DNA of 63,997 nucleotides, counting the filler, from Catajapyx aquilonaris (lineage: Eukaryota), in assembly GCA_000934665.2 (NCBI GenBank). It is 4 parts of 4 records of this genome, joined end to end, with 100 filler letters (N's around TTAATTAATTAA, not from the genome) between each part and the next. Parts side by side here need not be neighbours in the genome. Positions count along the whole stretch, not along the records: positions 16,062 to 32,042 come from KZ539671.1; positions 32,143 to 48,086 come from JYFJ02007337.1; 2 more parts are not named here. One strand, written 5' to 3'. Both the position numbers and the translations under genes were made by a program. Shown here piece after piece: positions 24,806-37,220 of this stretch (the stretch's first letter is position 1; each line of letters begins with the position of its first letter). The notes beneath the pieces were generated by a model. That model was not told the DNA's origin, did not search any database, and saw only the letters and a program-made list of their open reading frames with translations.

Positions 24806-27800
24806 CAATACCAGCTCGCTTATTCCCTCGCCTATTTGGCTTCTCGTGTTTGAGTACCGAGTCCGGCCAAGATCCTTTATTCCGTGGGATAGTCACACAT
24901 TATGACTCGGCCAAGACTGAATAATGCGATAGGTACACACTCATATTCATTCGCTTCCCTGGAAGACCACCTAATCGCTATCAATCACTCAGTTCCTATG
25001 AGAATATTCACGCTCGTCATTATCACGTCACGCTTTCGATAACGGCGGTTTTCAGGCATCGAATATGCCGGGCTTCGCTCAGGTGCTCCCAGCTGTCATA
25101 CTAGGCCTACCAGTCATTCCGCCTGATCCCATATGCGATCGAAATCTGCCACCTCGCTTGTGGTATGCAGCACGACACCATCGTCCTGGAAATAGCAACA
25201 GTCCCGGTTTCGAGTACCACTTGGCCAGTGATAGGAGGACCCCCCCGGCTCAGTTCATTTGCGGTGAAAGTGAAAAGCAGGTATGACCACATAATCGCAG
25301 ACAGGTCCACCTTGGGAGCCATGGAAAAAGCCATACAGGCAGTCCCCGAATGCCCACATTTACCAGGTGGTATTATGCATAGTTTCGAACATTTTCCCAA
25401 CAGATCATCAATTTTTCCACTAATTGCACGCCCTGACCCCAAAGTATACCCACACGTCCCACAACCACCGTAAAAATCCCCGCTCATGAGAACCTATCCG
25501 GGCGACAATAGCGNNNNNNNNNNNNNNNNNNNNNNNNNNCCCCGTATTGTTGCCTATCGCCAATGAACCAGCACCGGTGGGAAGACCAGCGAAATTCAAA
25601 CGGTTCGCATTCCTCAGCAGATTCTCTGGATGGCCAAGGTCAACGCCCTACCTACCTACCTTCCTTCTTCCCTCACCACCCAACTCCTCCTGCCCCCTCT
25701 CAACACATTCCCCACACATGATAACCCCACCTTAAGGTGTCCCTCCACTGCCCAAAATTGGAAGAAAGTGTTGAGAAAGATCAAGGTCAGGAGGACACCC
25801 CCCAAGTCCCATTCATTCGCACCGGAACACTCTTAAACACCACAATGCCCCCCCTCCCCTCCCCTCTCCCCTCCCTGTAATCAACCGACCGTCCAATCAA
25901 TCATTGCGCTGCATGCAACTTTCACCCCCCTTCTTGACACTTCCTTTCAAGCTGCTATTACGCGCTGCACACTCGCTAATCGCCTTGTTTTCTATAACAT
26001 GGCTCTGCTTAAGACAGTGTGCAGCCGACTCTCTCGAGGTACATCACCGGCACCTCCGGTCAACTGCGCACATCGCACGTGCACTGTATATACCTGCATC
26101 AATATTGCTTACAAGCCACGCTTTCAGGTGGTGTCACTGCGTCCCAAATTTAATTTATTCGCGTCCAGAAAAAGTGGAGCGGTCCGTTCATAACTGTATT
26201 TGCATTGTTCGATTTGCTATGTGATAGTGCCGCAATCAAACAGGCTATGGGGCCAAATACTGCAGTCGTCCTGATTAAGGCGTGAATAAAGATAATTCGC
26301 AAAACTGTGCCCGGTAATTATTAGCAATGTGGCGAGTTAGCTAACTGATGTTATTTATATATATACACTACAAGTATAAAACGCCCTATAATTAACCCAA
26401 CACGCGGGAGGATAAATTGTGCAGCGCGCGTTGCATCATTAAAACGCAGCAAATTAAATTTTCGCAAAACCACCCCTAAATAATTATTTGATTGCAGAGT
26501 TGCAATATTTCAGGCCCAAACCCAGTCACTGCGACGCAGTTGGCATTAGCACAGAGTTCTTCATTTTCACTCCGGATCCCACGGGCTATTATTTCCCTCG
26601 AGTCGAGTGTGGGTCAATATCACGCGTATCTTCCCTCATGAATTCTTTATTGTTGCCCACTCTCATCCTCAGGCTCATTTATGCCCCAGCTCCAAGAGCC
26701 GAATGGGGAAAAAATGGTGAACCCCGCCTTTTAACCGTGCTTACACACAATTGTGTGTGTAACTCTATTTAGCCAAATTCACAAATAGATTCAAAAGTAT
26801 GGATTAGCTGGATCGATGCCTACCCTGCTTGTTTACACACCTGTTTTGGCCATGGTTGGACACTGACTTCATGTACAAACATGAACTTTGCAACGGAATG
26901 ACAGACCTGCTTCGCAATGCAGCAAAACCTAATTATTGCAACTAAAAATACCGCCATAATCCTCTCTCCCCCTCTCCCTCTCTCAGTGTGAAACCCCTGA
27001 AATACAATCAAAATGTGCACCTGATTTTCACAGGTTCCGCCCAAGTTTCCTGGACCAACAGCACACATGTCTGCACATATATGTTCCCTCATTATGAGAT
27101 AACAGGCGAATTTCATTTTTAAAAAGACGGGGGGAGACCTCGAGTGAGATCAGTGAGACCGTTCCACTTTCCGTGGCTGTGCACCATGGGACTTTCAGAA
27201 AACATGCCCAAGTAGGTTGCACCTTCGCACGCCTCGATCATATACTATAAGTGGGCCAAATGCACCAATTCATGGATAGTGGGGGTAACTCGGAAACTGT
27301 CAAGATTGGCCGGATAAACTACCAAGGCCTAAAATATGCAAGAAATTGAGCTGCAGGCTACGTTTCAGATCGGGCAAGGTCTTGCACATTTCATTGGCAG
27401 AATTCGGTACGCTGCATTGCAAGTTCAGGTGACTTGGTAACCACCACCTGCTTACGTAACCATTCGAATTACGGATTTAATATTCCACTGAGAATGAGAA
27501 GGGAGGCGCGGAGCAATTACATGATGTACTGTACTCTGTAGGCCCTATATACAATTCAGCGCATCGGGCCTAAACTCACAACAATCCCTGTAATTTGCTC
27601 GTGGTAACCAACTGTTGCGGCGATCCTTTAAGGCTCAATTGGACGCAGGGTCATTAAGAGCCGTCCCTATTAACTTTACAGTACATTTCTGCTGAATTTT
27701 GAACTGAATTTTACATGGTAATTCGGAGGATATCTAGCTCGAGGTCGAAAGTAGTTGACGTGCTCATGATGTTACTGTAACCACGCCATGTTTGCATAAC

Positions 27801-27955
27801 TCACACATAATATATTCACACTCTACATGGCATCATGGGCATATCTCGAGACTAGTGGAGAGACGCCGCGCCGGTACCTACAGAGGCCAGCCACCTCATG
27901 CATATGACGCAAATGAGTCCAGTTGGTTTCTGACACCGGGTAGTCGCCCTCAAGT

Positions 27956-28024
27956 ATTCGCAAGACGATAGTGGAAGCATTCGCAAGACGATAGTGGAAG
28001 CATTCGCAAGACGATAATGGAAGC
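27956..28024. repeat. 23-bp minisatellite x3
   Basis: ATTCGCAAGACGATAGTGGAAGC x3 (one mismatch), no spacers. Confidence 0.85.
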
Positions 28025-31000
28025 ATTTGATGACGAGGCCTTACCGAAAACTACTGCATATTGGATGTGACAAACTGCAACCGACAACAAAGGCGGTCCA
28101 GGCATCGCCCTGGCATGGCCATTGAGCACGTGGAGGCATCCGGTGAGACGCCTCGTAGAATAATTGACAAAGTGGACGAGTTTCAACGAAAGTCAGACAG
28201 ACCCGAGAGCCCTGACCGATGAATTGTTAAAACCATGCAATACACGGCGCTGTGATCATGAAACAATTAAACGGATTAAGGAGCAACATTCAACAAATAA
28301 TATAGCCAGCTCGGATTTTCTCGACCATTCAGAGATCAATTAAGTTCAAGGCTTCGGCTCACTGAGCCGACAGTAAATGTGCATATGGTCCTGACAGCTG
28401 CATCTGAATACTGGCTGGGCGGAGGCAGGAGTTCCTCATGCCCTTGGGACACGGCCACCAGGTGATTACGAAAGAACCCCAGACTATCGGACTCGGCTAG
28501 CTCCCCAAATCTAGCATGTTCGACCCAAAAATGAATCATAATCGTGATCACGGCCCATCCTAACTTCAAAAATTCCCCTTCGTAAGTAATTCAGTCAATA
28601 ACATGCCATTTCAACAAGCCGCTAAAAGTGCGTGATAACATTTTGCAATGTCCAATTCGCAATTACCTTTCGCGTATAGTCTAGCTTCGACCTTTTCGCA
28701 AAAAAAAAACTTTGGGAAATATATTATCAGCCACTTTCCGATTGCAATATTGCAATCGGAAAGTGGCTCATAATTTTCCAACATTTTCTGTGATTATTTG
28801 TTACATTGCATTTGCATTTTTTTAATGAGCTTAGTTTTCTGAAATGTGCGCGTTGGAAGTCACAAGGTGTCAAAATTACAATAGCCTGAAAAATGCAGAC
28901 TTGTTCAAATTTCTTATGAGCTATTCTTTGGAGAAACAGGGCCATGAAGGTCACACTTCTGTATCACGAGGTAGTAGTCAACTTTCAGTATCCTCGACAT
29001 GCTACTAGCTTTACCATGGCCCTTGCTTAACAAATGAAGGCCGGTGCCAGTCAGTTACCCTCAGCAATAAAGGTCACTTGGCTCAATTAAGTCACACCCG
29101 AATCAAATCACCAACCATCATGTCTTACTAATAAATGCACCCTGTACTTATCCACCCTTTGGTTGACTAACAGCAGCTTCCTGACTAAACGCATGGGTGC
29201 AGCAATGACTCACATTGGTGGCTATCACTGATGCGCAACCACACACTGTAATAATCTCTCTTCAAAACATCCTGTCCACATCACTTTGTTCAGTTTAGTG
29301 GTCTGGCCTACAGGAATAATCCTAGCTCCAAAAAGGCATATGAAAACAGCAACTCCACACCTCAAGATGACACCAAATTGTACAGCAATTTCTGTTTAAA
29401 ACTGAACACAGACTAAATTTTCGGAATATATAAAAATACGCCTGCTGGGGCAGGGATTTGAATCCAGGACCTGAAAGAAGTGCAAGCCCCTTGCTTCAGT
29501 GCATCTGAATCTGGTTTTTTGCAAACTGAGTTATCCTATGCCTTATTGCACACACTTTACTTGGAACCTGTCATTAGTGCAGCAATAATTATGCTGATAG
29601 TGAAACTTTGCCCTTTAGCCTAAAGAGTGGACATATTGGAAGAGGAATTGCTTCATTTCTTCATAAGCTATCCCCAGGTGTGCCATCATTCAAAGCCATA
29701 TTACACTAGTGCACTAGGTTAATGACAGGTTGCTTTTGGCATGTCAAATATATTTTAAAATTTTCTTTAACTATTTTTACTTAGCAATTGAACACTGGCC
29801 TACCAAAACACCACCACGCACACCCTCTTAATATGCTGTGAGCACGGTCTCCACACTTAGCACCCAAAATTACAATGTCCCAGCAACAATACAAGTTTGA
29901 CACTAAATATGTCCAACTTGACACATAACACTTGCACAACAGCAAAACAATGACAGTAAGACACTAGCTCTATTATAAAAAGTTTATGCCTCTGTGGACA
30001 GCACTATAAAACTTGGCCATTAGCAAATCAATTAATGGGCTGGAATCAATGAACTCTTGAGAGCATGTGTTTGACCTCACAACAGACAGGGAGCCATTAC
30101 ACATGACATCCCACCAGTAGCCAATGCACAGTACCTAATAATACATTGCCAGTCAACCCCATTAACCGTGTTTTGGCCTTCCAGTCGAGTGGATAGCAGT
30201 GAGCTAGGCCTAGTGTCCATCAGCACATATCCCCAGACAAGACAAATCCATGGCATGGACAAGATGAGTGCACTGCACTTACATTTTCTGCTCCTGCTGA
30301 TCGACCGACGTGGATGTCCGGGCCATCCTCTTCACAACGGACTAGCTTATGCGTACTGTACAGGTCTCAGCGTCTTTCTCCAGCAGTCAGGCCGGGTGCA
30401 AGACGTCGCCTGGAGTCACAATCCGCCCAATGTTCATGACCTCTGTACACTAGTTCACACGCCCTCCCTCCCTCCCTCCCCTCTCCAGTCCCAAATTTCA
30501 CGACACCACGGAGGTCGGACACGACAATTGGGTGAGGACAGGAAGGGAAGAAGGGGCAACGGCGGGCAGGGGCAATGAAGAGGGACACTAGACAGGCCGC
30601 CGCATAGTCTGCTAGGTGGCAGGGAGGCTGGCAGGAGGGCCACTCACCAGTAGTCGACCAGTGCAGTGGTGGGAGGGAGGGGGGGATCAAAAGCATGGGG
30701 GGGGGGGAGAAGTTACGCTTGTGCAGATGCATTGCCGCGACATCTCTGGTCCATATATGTTTTAACAATTTTTGATCCCACACGATAGATGGAGGTATGA
30801 GTCAGAGAAGGGTAAGAGAAGGGGGCATATTTGACCCACATCTTGCCCACATGCATTCTGTAACTGTTGCTGTAACTAGCTGTAAGGTCAGCTCACATGC
30901 GTAATCACACCGTTAAATTCTCGTGAACGGTCATAAGCACGGTCTTTAGGTAATAAGATTGGATCTTTTTTAAATTCTGATTTGTGCAAAAGATGGCAGC

Positions 31001-32739
31001 ACATTTATATTTTTGAACATTGCCGCGAAAGGGGCGTTCAGACGAGGCAACTTGGTTGGAGCAACGCGGCTGCAACCTGGTTGTATACAACCTGAAATAC
31101 ACGGAGAGAATCGGAACCTGGTTGCAGAAAAGTTGCAGCATTTTTTGGGTTGCTATATACAACCAGGTTCCTATTCTCTCCGTGTCGCTCCGTGTATTTC
31201 AGGTTGCAGCCACGTTGCTTCAATCGGATTTTCACTGGTAGGACGTGTGGGCTAGTTGAAACTTAGTATTGGGGAGGGAGGGGGGGGGGGGGGGGAGNTC
31301 TTGGCCAAAAAAAAACATACAAAAAAGACAAAACAAAAAAAGCAGCAAGTTTGGCAGACGAGCGAGCGGTGGTTTAATGCTCGCCGTGAAGAAAATATGG
31401 AAACCTCAAATAATGTATATGTCGTAGCCCCATAGCGAAATTGGGCACTTCATGAAATGTATACTGAAAAACACTTATGCTGTAGCCTAGTGTATAGTGC
31501 AATCTCCCGTGAAGAATTACAGCATGTGCTCAGAAATATTGGACTGTTCGCGAAGTGTCAGCAACGGGTTGGACGGTTAGTCCAGGTGACTGTACGGAAA
31601 GGTTTGTCATCCGTACTGTGATTGCTTCAGGAGCCTGCATATGACTTTGAGATTACCAAATTGGTCAAGAATGTGAAAAGAAGATTTGCAGCAGTGCACT
31701 TTGATTACTTCCTCGGACATGTCTTTGCCCCACCAAATGACACTGATCAACGAATCAGCAAGTACTTGCCTTCACCTTCACTCACAGTATATGGATGACA
31801 ACCTTTTCGTACAGTCACCAGGACTACCCTTTGGCTCATGAGTCTGGACCAATATTATTCAACTCCTGGACTTCCAGACATTCCCTCCTCGCATTTCGTC
31901 CAGGTCATGGGCAGGTATGGCCTGCATTCAGCATCTCTAGCTGATGCCCTCCACACCTTCTGGCTTTGCTCTGCAGCTGCTCATAATTACACAGACATAT
32001 ATACTTCTCCTGGCAACATGAAGTAACTCAAACTGGGGGGGGNNNNNNNNNNNNNNNNNNNNNNNNNNNNNNNNNNNNNNNNNNNNTTAATTAATTAANN
32101 NNNNNNNNNNNNNNNNNNNNNNNNNNNNNNNNNNNNNNNNNNGTCATGAATCTTCTGTTCAGTTCAAGGTAAAAGAGAAAGCTGAAGATTGAGGAAGAAA
32201 ATTATTTTCTACTTTTTAGTGCACTTGGAAATATAAAGCCTGTTCTTAAAAAGGTTTTTTATATATTTTTATTTAATGTATAATAAGTTCATTGGGGTTT
32301 GACCACTTCCACTAACAGAAGAAATTTCCAAAAAAAGCCTCACCCTTTCCAAAATTCTGTAATTTTCTCATTCCCACAGTATTGTGCAATATGTCTGGAA
32401 TTTGATATGTAGCGTTATGGCACAGGTGTGTACAGCGGCGATTTTTATACGTCAAAATCCGAGATGGTGTAGCAACATTTTAGCCCACCTGATTTGACCC
32501 CTATATTTCGATGCTTTTGGTTTTTTGACTGCCCCGAGGTAAAAACAAACAAACAAACAAATCCAAGACAAAATGAATGGTCATTGTGAGTTACGAGTGA
32601 CCTAAGGAACATGGACATATCGCTGAATTTCATGGACGAATAAAATAGTGTTGCACAACTATGCAACACTATTTTATTCGTCCATGTAATCCAGGCCCCT
32701 GATACTCCCTACACCTGTACATGGCTCCCCCTGTGAGCT

Positions 32740-33029
32740 TAGCTCTGCTCCCCGACCGAGGGGGTTTTGCCACGGGCGGCGCTAGTCTCGGTATCCAAGA
32801 CAAGTGGCGCCTTGCCTAGTGGGGAAATTCTGAACCATTTCGGTCGACTCCGATTAGCTGGAGTAGTGCACGCCTCCTGTACTGCTCCACGTGAGACCTT
32901 AACTACTCCAGCCAATCGGAGTCGACAGAAATGGTTCAGAATTTCCCCACTAGGCAAGGCGCCACTTGTCTTGGATACCGAGACTAGCGCCGCCCGTGGC
33001 AAAACCCCCTCGGTCGGGGAGCAGAGCTA
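32740..33029. mobile_element. Near-perfect hairpin element, TAG...CTA ends, AGCT flanks (Academ-like?)
   Basis: ~130-bp arms with 2 mismatches and a ~34-bp loop; AGCT|TAGCTCTG...CAGAGCTA|AGCT. Confidence 0.8.
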
Positions 33030-33234
33030 AGCTGACACAAAATGGCGGGGAGTGTCAGCCGCCTGGTGTACGGTAAGGTATAAAACTGGGGTTTATTTCA
33101 GGTGACTGATGATATCATCATTATCATCATCATTATCATCATCATCTTCATATTAAGAATTAACAACATATGTATGCACCCTGATGACGTAAAGTGAGAG
33201 CGGCAGTATATAAAAAAGTCCCAGGTGGTAATGG

Positions 33235-33718
33235 TAGGGAGACTACATAAGAGGCGCAAACTTCTGTCGGCGCCTTTGATGTTCGCGTCTCTCTGTTTGG
33301 GGGCGTTGCCAAGGCTGGCGGCCATTTAGAAAAGGGGTCAACGCCAGCGAGGTATAAATAGGGTACAGGCAGGCAGTAAAGGTCCGCCATCTTTGATGGT
33401 TTTGGCGGCCATGACACTTCACGGCAAGAACACGCGCGAATTTGAATATTTTTGCCGTACTTGAGAAATTAATACGTAGAAAAGTGCATTAAAAGAGCTC
33501 ATACGGCAACAATATTCAAATTCGCGCGTGTTCTTGCCGTGAAGAGCCATGGCCGCCAAAACCATCAATGATGGCGGACTTTTACGGCCTGCCTGTACCC
33601 TATTTATACCTCGTTGGCGTTGGCCCCTTTTCAAAATGGCCGCCAGCCTTGGCAACGCCCCCAAACAGAGAGACGCGCGAATCGAATGTTTGCGCCTCTT
33701 ATGTAGTATATGCTCCCT
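33235..33718. mobile_element. Fold-back MITE
   Basis: ~33240-33460 is inverted at ~33500-33710; ends AGGGAG / CTCCCT. Confidence 0.75.
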
Positions 33719-34307
33719 GGTAGTGGCATAAGCCCGGGGTTTGGGTGGGGTTATGCCAGACACGGTTTGCTTCAGGTTGGTGGAGTGTGGCCGAGGTCGG
33801 TCTGGGGCTTGGGCGCGGCCCAGGGGCTAGTTTGGATGCACATTGTGGTCGGGAAGGATTTTCGCCGCCGCGCCGGCCACAAGTTTCCACATTGCGTATA
33901 CCTGACGACCTCATGAAAAATGAGTTCTGATGCAACGCGATAGATTTTCAAAAGGAGTGGGCGCCTCTACACTGTGCAACAATCACAACCTGCTCCTGAT
34001 TGGTTTAGGATGATTGCCACCCAACTTGACAAAGAAAACCCCCCACCTATGCTAACAAAGTACAGTACCTCTACATTTGAATAAATTGACTCCCATCAGA
34101 CACTGCGAAACACACCAACTTGCACGAAAACATAAATATGTCAGTTATGCCCGTTACGATGGGCATTGATTACTACAGTGGTTACACAGAGTTCACGATT
34201 AGCACCAAGTTAGTGTTACCTTCAGATATGACAAATATAGGACAAGGATTTTGCTTCCGGTTAAAAAAAATCTGATTCCACTAATATGTACAAGTAGATT
34301 TCAAATA

Positions 34308-35326
34308 GGGTAAGTTGGGGTAAGTTCGAAAATGGGGCAAGTGCGAAATTGCTTCCAATATACTATAGCACAAGGTGGCAGGAGCATCGAAAATATGCGT
34401 AAACATTCACGACAACCTTTGGCCACTCTACTGAAAGTAGCACGATAATCTTCCTTTCGTAACATAGACAAAAAATGGCCGCCAAGCTCAAGGTGAGGTT
34501 TTAACTTTTCCGGCGGGTATATAAGTATCTTTTGTAGAATTTCTGATGAGTCTTGAATCTCATGCTGCGTAACCGCTCTGGCACTGTATACGTAAGATGT
34601 TAAGGTGTACTATTCGCTGTTATTGTTCCGTTTTGGTGGAACGATAATAATAATAAGGATGGTTTTTAAAAAGGGGGCCGCACTTGCCCATAACTAGACA
34701 TGATCAGGGGCAAGTGCGTAACCAATAATTAATACGGGTACATGGATCGAAATGCAATATTGGAGGAATAAAGCTACCTGTCGCCAAAGGAGGCGACAAG
34801 ACGTGTTTGTGTGGTCACCAGTGGATATTCCGCGACTGGCGACAGGCTCATTTCGAACACTGTTGTGAAAACACTTCCACATAATGCATTTTAATCAGGT
34901 AATGCCAGATTGCCAGTACTGTTATCAAACCTGTTGCGGAGCAGTGAGTAAAAGTTCGTCCTGTAAGAACTACTTGTTTTTTTCCGGGAAAAACAGACTG
35001 ACACTGAGAGGAAGTGTGTGTGCTTTTGACACTATAATCCTCTGCAACCCGAACAATGTTTATTACTCTGAGCAAATTCCACACTCTTGCCACACTCGCA
35101 CTTGCCCCATATTGCGGGGCAAGTGCGGCACTGTGCACCATGTGCATATTTTAATTATTTTTCGGAGTACTCACATAGATTAATGTTATGCAATAGGCCA
35201 CTTTGAAAGCCAATAATGTAAAGTATATTGTCCATTACTTTTTTCTCACATGCTAATTACTAAGGAAGTAGCATACCTTTAAACGGAACCTAATCAAAAT
35301 CCGGCCGCACTTACACCAACTTACCC
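34308..35326. mobile_element. Non-autonomous TA-flanked DNA transposon (pogo-like)
   Basis: TA|GGGTAAGTTGG...CCAACTTACCC|TA; internal GGGGCAAGTGCG repeats in both orientations. Confidence 0.75.
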
Positions 35327-35818
35327 TACTGTTTTACAGTTCCTGACATATGGCTCTTCTTAGAGGCTTGAAAGAATCCCTTTATCATCCAACAAGGTGT
35401 GACCCGGAGAGAGCCAAGTGCTAATTATTATTGCTGGAAGTCACGTGAGATGCATAAGAGGATCAGCACAAGGTAAAATTCTGTATTCGAAGTTATTGTA
35501 TAGTGATAAACAAGGAATCTCATACAGAATGAATTATGATAGAGAGCCTGCTTTAATGGGCTTTAGCTGATATATACGTATATGGAGGGATAATATGAAT
35601 ATATCTGGAAACCCTCTATAAACGTCTATAGGGCGAGCTTATAAGAGTCAATGAATAATTTTAAATGGACTGTTGATAGGTCATTTTGTCTCCAAAGCCT
35701 TATTACTGAGCTAATGGCGATTTGCCAGAGTGTAGAATATCCTGAAAGGCAGGCAGCCACGTTGAACGAGTCGTGTTTCAAAACATTGAATTTTCTCTCG
35801 TTCCCGTTAAAAAGTGTA

Positions 35819-35960
35819 CTATTGGGTTCAAATACTTTTGGCCACTTTATCTTGGTCTTGAAGCAACCCTTCAAATACACACACCTCCTTAACGTGGGGT
35901 CTGTGCGAAGGGTCGCTTCAAGACCAGGATAAAGTGACCAAAAGTATTTGAACCCAATAG
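35819..35960. mobile_element. Small Tc1-type hairpin MITE
   Basis: TA|CTATTGGGTTCAAATACTTTTGG...CCAAAAGTATTTGAACCCAATAG|TA. Confidence 0.85.
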
Positions 35961-36479
35961 TACCTGAGTACATTAATGCCAGCCTTGCCTCATGACATAT
36001 GGCCATATTTCCGTGTCTCACCTACTTGGAATTTCTGGCAATATGCAGTAACCCTAATGTAAGTTAGTTACTACCAGTAATGATTGACTAACATTTTGAT
36101 GCATGTTGGGTCCCGCCAAATGATCAATAATTGAGCCTGGGAAATTTTTGACAATATTGACGTCACACGATTCATGACCACTGATCTGATTTTAGGTGAA
36201 CCTTCAGTGACACCATGTAAAAATACACCAACAGGATTTTATTCATGGCTACGTGTGTCCGTAACTGATGCAGTTTAGGTGGGTACGATTATTATTTGTA
36301 CTAAAATAGGTCCTACGAATAGAAGCAGAGAGAATCAGATGTGGCTATAAGACTTTAAAATGAAATATATCAGAGACTAAGGGTTATGTAATTGGCTGTG
36401 GGATGGCAGAGTGGGGGCAACCACTTTGGGTATCGGTGTCTGGTAACGTGACTTTCCGAGCCAGTTGGATATAAAACTT

Positions 36480-37220
36480 GGGATCCGGACTTTTTGCCCC
36501 AGCCGTTTCGCCCCCGGACTTGTAGCCCCCGGCATATTGGCCCCCGTGACAATTTCGTCCCCGTGACATATTCCACTTTGAGGCATTCTGTGTAGCCTGG
36601 CAACGGCGGGGGCGGGCGGTGATTGGCTCGCTGTTTCGTGCCTGATTTATAAAATGAAATTTTGCGGTCTTCTGATTGGGTCACAGAGATGGAGGAGCGC
36701 TTTGTGTTGGTGATGCTGGGTGGCTTTTTGTTACCGCAACAGTACTGGCCATTCCTGTGGCCCTGCCAGGCAAGGTGTGTCGCCCGTGCGTAATATTTTT
36801 AGTTTTTGCCGAGTGAAAGCGGAGCTAGGCGCTTATTGTGGGTTTCTGTATCCGCAACACTTACTGTCCGTCTTGTGGCGCAACAGGCCAAAGAACGTTA
36901 TTGTGGCTTTGCCCACCACGACATACTGAGAGATGGAGGTGCGCTTTGTGTTGGTGATGCTTATTGTGGGTTTTGTCCTTGAACATGCCATCAATATTTG
37001 TCAATTCGAACAATTCTAGGAATTATTTTTATGCACGTATGATGCGTCTCTCTTAAAAACGGGAGTACCAAACATACCCAAGATCACCCAATGCCAATAA
37101 AGCTAATTTCTTGTCCCCTGGCAACGGAAGTTCCGAACATAAGAAATACGCCGGGGGCGAAATTGTCACGGGGCCAATATGCCGGGGGCTACAAGTCCGG
37201 GGGCGAAAAGTCCGAGACCC
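36480..37220. mobile_element. Non-autonomous element with repeat-containing inverted ends
   Basis: ~15-bp GCCCCCGG units at ~36480-36565 are mirrored at ~37150-37220; no clear TSD. Confidence 0.65.

Noticed and set aside
27956..28024. 23-bp repeats as a mini-CRISPR
   Set aside because: Head-to-tail copies with no spacers.
32739..33030. Two near-identical antiparallel 87-aa ORFs
   Set aside because: A by-product of the palindrome.
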